A stretch of 64,000 nucleotides of DNA from an uncultured Nitrospiraceae bacterium. GTDB lineage: Bacteria; Nitrospirota; Nitrospiria; Nitrospirales; Nitrospiraceae. The notes below the pieces were generated by a model. The model was not told where the DNA came from and made no database searches. It worked only from the letters and a program-made list of their open reading frames with translations. Below, piece after piece: positions 61,187-64,000 of this stretch. The position numbers were made by a program, and so were the translations under genes. The stretch is taken from positions 1,600,001 through 1,664,000 of the forward strand of contig CAWJWJ010000002.1 of NCBI GenBank assembly GCA_963846575.1. The letters are read 5' to 3'. Within the stretch, counting starts at the first letter, position 1, and each line of letters opens with the position of its first letter.

Positions 61187-62812
61187 ATGAAAATACTGTT
61201 GCTGTACCCCACCTGGACCGGAGCCTACGGGCTATTCGGTCATTTCGCGCGCAGGAACTCGACCTGGCCACCGTTGAATCTGGCGCTCCTGGCCGCCATC
61301 GCCGAGCGCCATGGTCATGAGGCCACCATCCTGGACGGGGAAGCCGAGCACATTTCTCTCGATGACATGGTTCGACAGGCGGTGGAACAAAAACCTGACC
61401 TGATCGGGTTCACCTGCACCAGTCCCTTCTTTCATCTCAGTAAAGCCGTGGCGGAAGGCATCAAACGGCTGGCGCCCCAGATTCCCATTGCGGTGGGAGG
61501 ACCCCATATCACCATCATGAAGGAGCAGGCGCTGCTGGAGCCGTTTGATTATGCGTTCATTGGAGAGGCCGAGGAGTCCTGGCCTCAGTTCCTGAATGCC
61601 TACGAACAGGGCCAGGATATCTCCTGCGTGGCCGGCGTGATCTTTCGTCGTGATGGCGCCGTGGTCTCAACAGGCCAACCGGCCGATATCACGAACCTCG
61701 ACGAGTTGCCGATCCCAGCCCGGCATCGCCTGCACATGCCCCACTATAAACTGGGCACCCTACGGGGACGCTTACCCTTCACGTCGATTCAAACCATGCG
61801 CGGTTGTCCCTGGAAATGTATTTTCTGCGCTTCGGAAGCCCTGAAGACGACGGAGATGCGGGTCCGTTCTCCCCGGTCGGTCGTGACTGAAATGAAACAG
61901 GTGGTCGAAACCTTCGGGACCCGGCATTTCTATATCGTCGACGATGTGATGACCCTCTGGAAGGACCATATCCTCGAGATCTGCGACTTGATCGATCAGG
62001 AGGGGCTGACCATTACCTTTGAAGGCAGCACGCGGGCGAATCTGGTGGAGGAGGAGGTCATCGCCCGTCTGGTCAAGAGCGGCCTGATCCGCCTCTCCTT
62101 CGGACTGGAAACCGTGGATCCTGAAATTCGCAAAACCATGAAGAAGCAGGTGCCCCTCGAACATTATGTGAAGGCCAACGGGATCTGCAACAAGTACGGC
62201 GTCGAGGCGTTGAACTCCGTGATGATCGGACTCCCCGGAGAAACACGGGACACGGTCCGTGCGACGTTAAAATTCCTGCGTCAGGCCAGGGAAGTCAAGC
62301 AGGCCAACTTTGCCATTGCGGTGCCCTATCCGGGCACAGAGTTTCATGATCTCGCGGTGAAGGGTGAAAAAGGCGTGCGCCTGATGACGGAAGACTTTTC
62401 TGAGTACAGGCGGTATGGATCGGCGGTGACAACCGTGGGCGATCTGACCCCCACCGACCTCATTGACCTGCAGAACGAAGGCTTTGTGAGCATCTATTCC
62501 GCTCCATGGCGATGGGTGCCCATGTTGCAGAAACACGGCGTCATCGGTGGAACACTGATGCTCGTGCGGGTCGCGCGACTGCTCGGCAAGAAATTCTATG
62601 GCGGATCCGGCGCATCGCGGCAGGATCAGCTCGTGAGTCTGGGAGACGGCGGGTTCGGCCATATACAGGATCCGGCCATGGCGATGGCACCGGCGGCTGC
62701 GCCATCAGCGCATGCAGGAGAAGCGGAACCCTTGCTGCAAATTACTCCGTCGTCCCGAAAAGCGGCGGCGCCTGCCGGACATTTCGGCGATCCGCGGAAT
62801 CCCAACGGATAA
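61187..62812 (+). CDS. Second cobalamin-binding radical SAM enzyme
   Basis: PPLNL, GGPHIT..GEAE, RGCPWKCIFC, MIGLPGET, PYPGT. Confidence 0.92.
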   Translation: MKILLLYPTWTGAYGLFGHFARRNSTWPPLNLALLAAIAERHGHEATILDGEAEHISLDDMVRQAVEQKPDLIGFTCTSPFFHLSKAVAEGIKRLAPQIPIAVGGPHITIMKEQALLEPFDYAFIGEAEESWPQFLNAYEQGQDISCVAGVIFRRDGAVVSTGQPADITNLDELPIPARHRLHMPHYKLGTLRGRLPFTSIQTMRGCPWKCIFCASEALKTTEMRVRSPRSVVTEMKQVVETFGTRHFYIVDDVMTLWKDHILEICDLIDQEGLTITFEGSTRANLVEEEVIARLVKSGLIRLSFGLETVDPEIRKTMKKQVPLEHYVKANGICNKYGVEALNSVMIGLPGETRDTVRATLKFLRQAREVKQANFAIAVPYPGTEFHDLAVKGEKGVRLMTEDFSEYRRYGSAVTTVGDLTPTDLIDLQNEGFVSIYSAPWRWVPMLQKHGVIGGTLMLVRVARLLGKKFYGGSGASRQDQLVSLGDGGFGHIQDPAMAMAPAAAPSAHAGEAEPLLQITPSSRKAAAPAGHFGDPRNPNG

Positions 62813-62837
62813 CTCGACAGGAAGGGGCTTCAACACG

Positions 62838-64000
62838 ATGCCGCACCGTCGCGCCAATGCACTGCTCATCCAACTGGAGTTTCCCACCTGGGTGGCCGCA
62901 CGCCCCTGGACCTATACGGCGAATTTTGCGGTCCAGGAAGGCCTCACGGCAAACGGCGTGACCTGCCTGACCATTCCGGCCATTGCGGACACTCCTTGTT
63001 CCGGCCCCGACTCCTGGGTGTATCACGCCAGGAAAGCCCTCGCCGGTCAGCACTTTGACCAGGTCTGGATATGGCTGATTCATACGCCGCTCGACCAGGC
63101 CACCCTGGAATGGATGGCGGAGCTGGCCCCTGTGCGGGTCGGACTCCTCATGGAATCGCTCCGGTATGATGCCGAAGACTATACCTGGGCGCCGCAGTTG
63201 AAACTCCGGCAAACGCAACTTGAGGCGCAACTACCCTATCTGACCCACGTCCTGGCCCCCGATGAGCGAGACGCCGCCGACCTCAACACCCGCGGATTGG
63301 CCAATGCACTCTGGTGGCCTCCGATGGTGCCGGAACGGTTCATCGTCAACCCCGCGTCGCCCGCGCCCCGCGCACAGGCCGTCTTCCACGGCACGCCCTA
63401 CGGACGACGGCGGCATTGGGTCGAGCATTCCTTGCTCACCCACCGCCTGCATTGTGCAAAATCCACAGCGCCGCACACGAGAAATCAGCAGTTGTTCGAT
63501 CAACTGCAGGCGACGGCTGCGCAATACCTGCGCGAAGGCCATGCGGTGACTCAAGCCGCCATTCAGGAATACGTATCGGCGTTGCAACAGATCCGACTCG
63601 CGGAGTTCACGGAATGGATGGCTCAGCTTCCGCAGTGGCCCGCCATTGTGAACCTTCCGAGCCTGGCCAAGTTTTATGGGGGGCGTGTCATCGAGGCGAT
63701 GGCGGCTGGACGACCAGTGATCAGTTGGAAGATTCCCGATCACCCCCACAACCTGGGCCTCTTCGAACCGGACAGCGACATTCTGTTATTCGAGCAGGAC
63801 GACCCGGCGGCGCTCGCCCATCAGATCGACCGGGTACTTCATGATGATACCTTCGCCCGGGCCCTGGCAGAACGGGTGCAGGGGAAGGTCAAACGGTACC
63901 ATACTGCCGAGCGCCGGCTTCAAGGCACGCTCGATTGGATTCAAACGGGGCAGTTGCCGGACTATGGGCTATCCTCGGGAGACGGGCATCGCGCAGCAAT
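62838..64000 (+). CDS. Glycosyltransferase-like protein (GT-B, CgeB-like C-terminal domain), 3'-truncated by window edge
   Basis: Not in the ORF track because it has no stop; ATG 62838 MPHRRANALLIQLEF.. stays open to the end; RVIEAMAAGRPVIS..LFEPDSDILLF..HTAERR. Confidence 0.8.
   Translation, partial: MPHRRANALLIQLEFPTWVAARPWTYTANFAVQEGLTANGVTCLTIPAIADTPCSGPDSWVYHARKALAGQHFDQVWIWLIHTPLDQATLEWMAELAPVRVGLLMESLRYDAEDYTWAPQLKLRQTQLEAQLPYLTHVLAPDERDAADLNTRGLANALWWPPMVPERFIVNPASPAPRAQAVFHGTPYGRRRHWVEHSLLTHRLHCAKSTAPHTRNQQLFDQLQATAAQYLREGHAVTQAAIQEYVSALQQIRLAEFTEWMAQLPQWPAIVNLPSLAKFYGGRVIEAMAAGRPVISWKIPDHPHNLGLFEPDSDILLFEQDDPAALAHQIDRVLHDDTFARALAERVQGKVKRYHTAERRLQGTLDWIQTGQLPDYGLSSGDGHRAA

Noticed and set aside
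1..64000. CRISPR arrays, rRNA, intact transposases or integrases, riboswitches
   Set aside because: None were recognised by eye; a covariance-model scan of 3495-4272, 7500-8330 and 53593-53728 would be needed to exclude structured RNAs

Overview
GC-rich bacterial window, probably Nitrospira or a relative (inferred from the tandem stand-alone PilZ genes and overall gene style; not verified). From left to right it holds: a GlrK-QseG-GlrR-like two-component trio; two small PilZ genes; a 32-codon transaldolase-like stub coupled to pgi; a decayed Rhs toxin/immunity island at the 3' end of tRNA-Thr(TGT); and a ~38 kb flagellar cluster. The cluster runs FleQ/FlrA-like activator, TPR protein, FleS/FleR-like pair, flgBC-fliEFG, a receiver-domain-FliH fusion, fliIJ, motE-like, fliK, flgDE, fliLMNOPQR, flhBAFG, fliA, a degenerate GGDEF protein, flgFGAHIJMNKL and csrA-fliW. 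It is followed by a c-di-GMP/phosphorelay module (hybrid kinase, HD-GYP, YcgR-like PilZ) and the start of an unusual nucleotide-sugar operon. That operon encodes a ColD-like PLP dehydratase, an epimerase, HddA/HddC, an aminotransferase, a ThDP enzyme, two cobalamin-binding radical SAM enzymes and a glycosyltransferase. A three-tier promoter hierarchy can be read from the sequence: sigma54 sites, paired GGCA-N5-TGCC/TTCC enhancer boxes and sigma28 sites. It extends to the sugar operon, which suggests a flagellum-coupled pathway for a novel branched, methylated sugar. No flagellin, fliD/fliS, motAB or che genes are present in the window.
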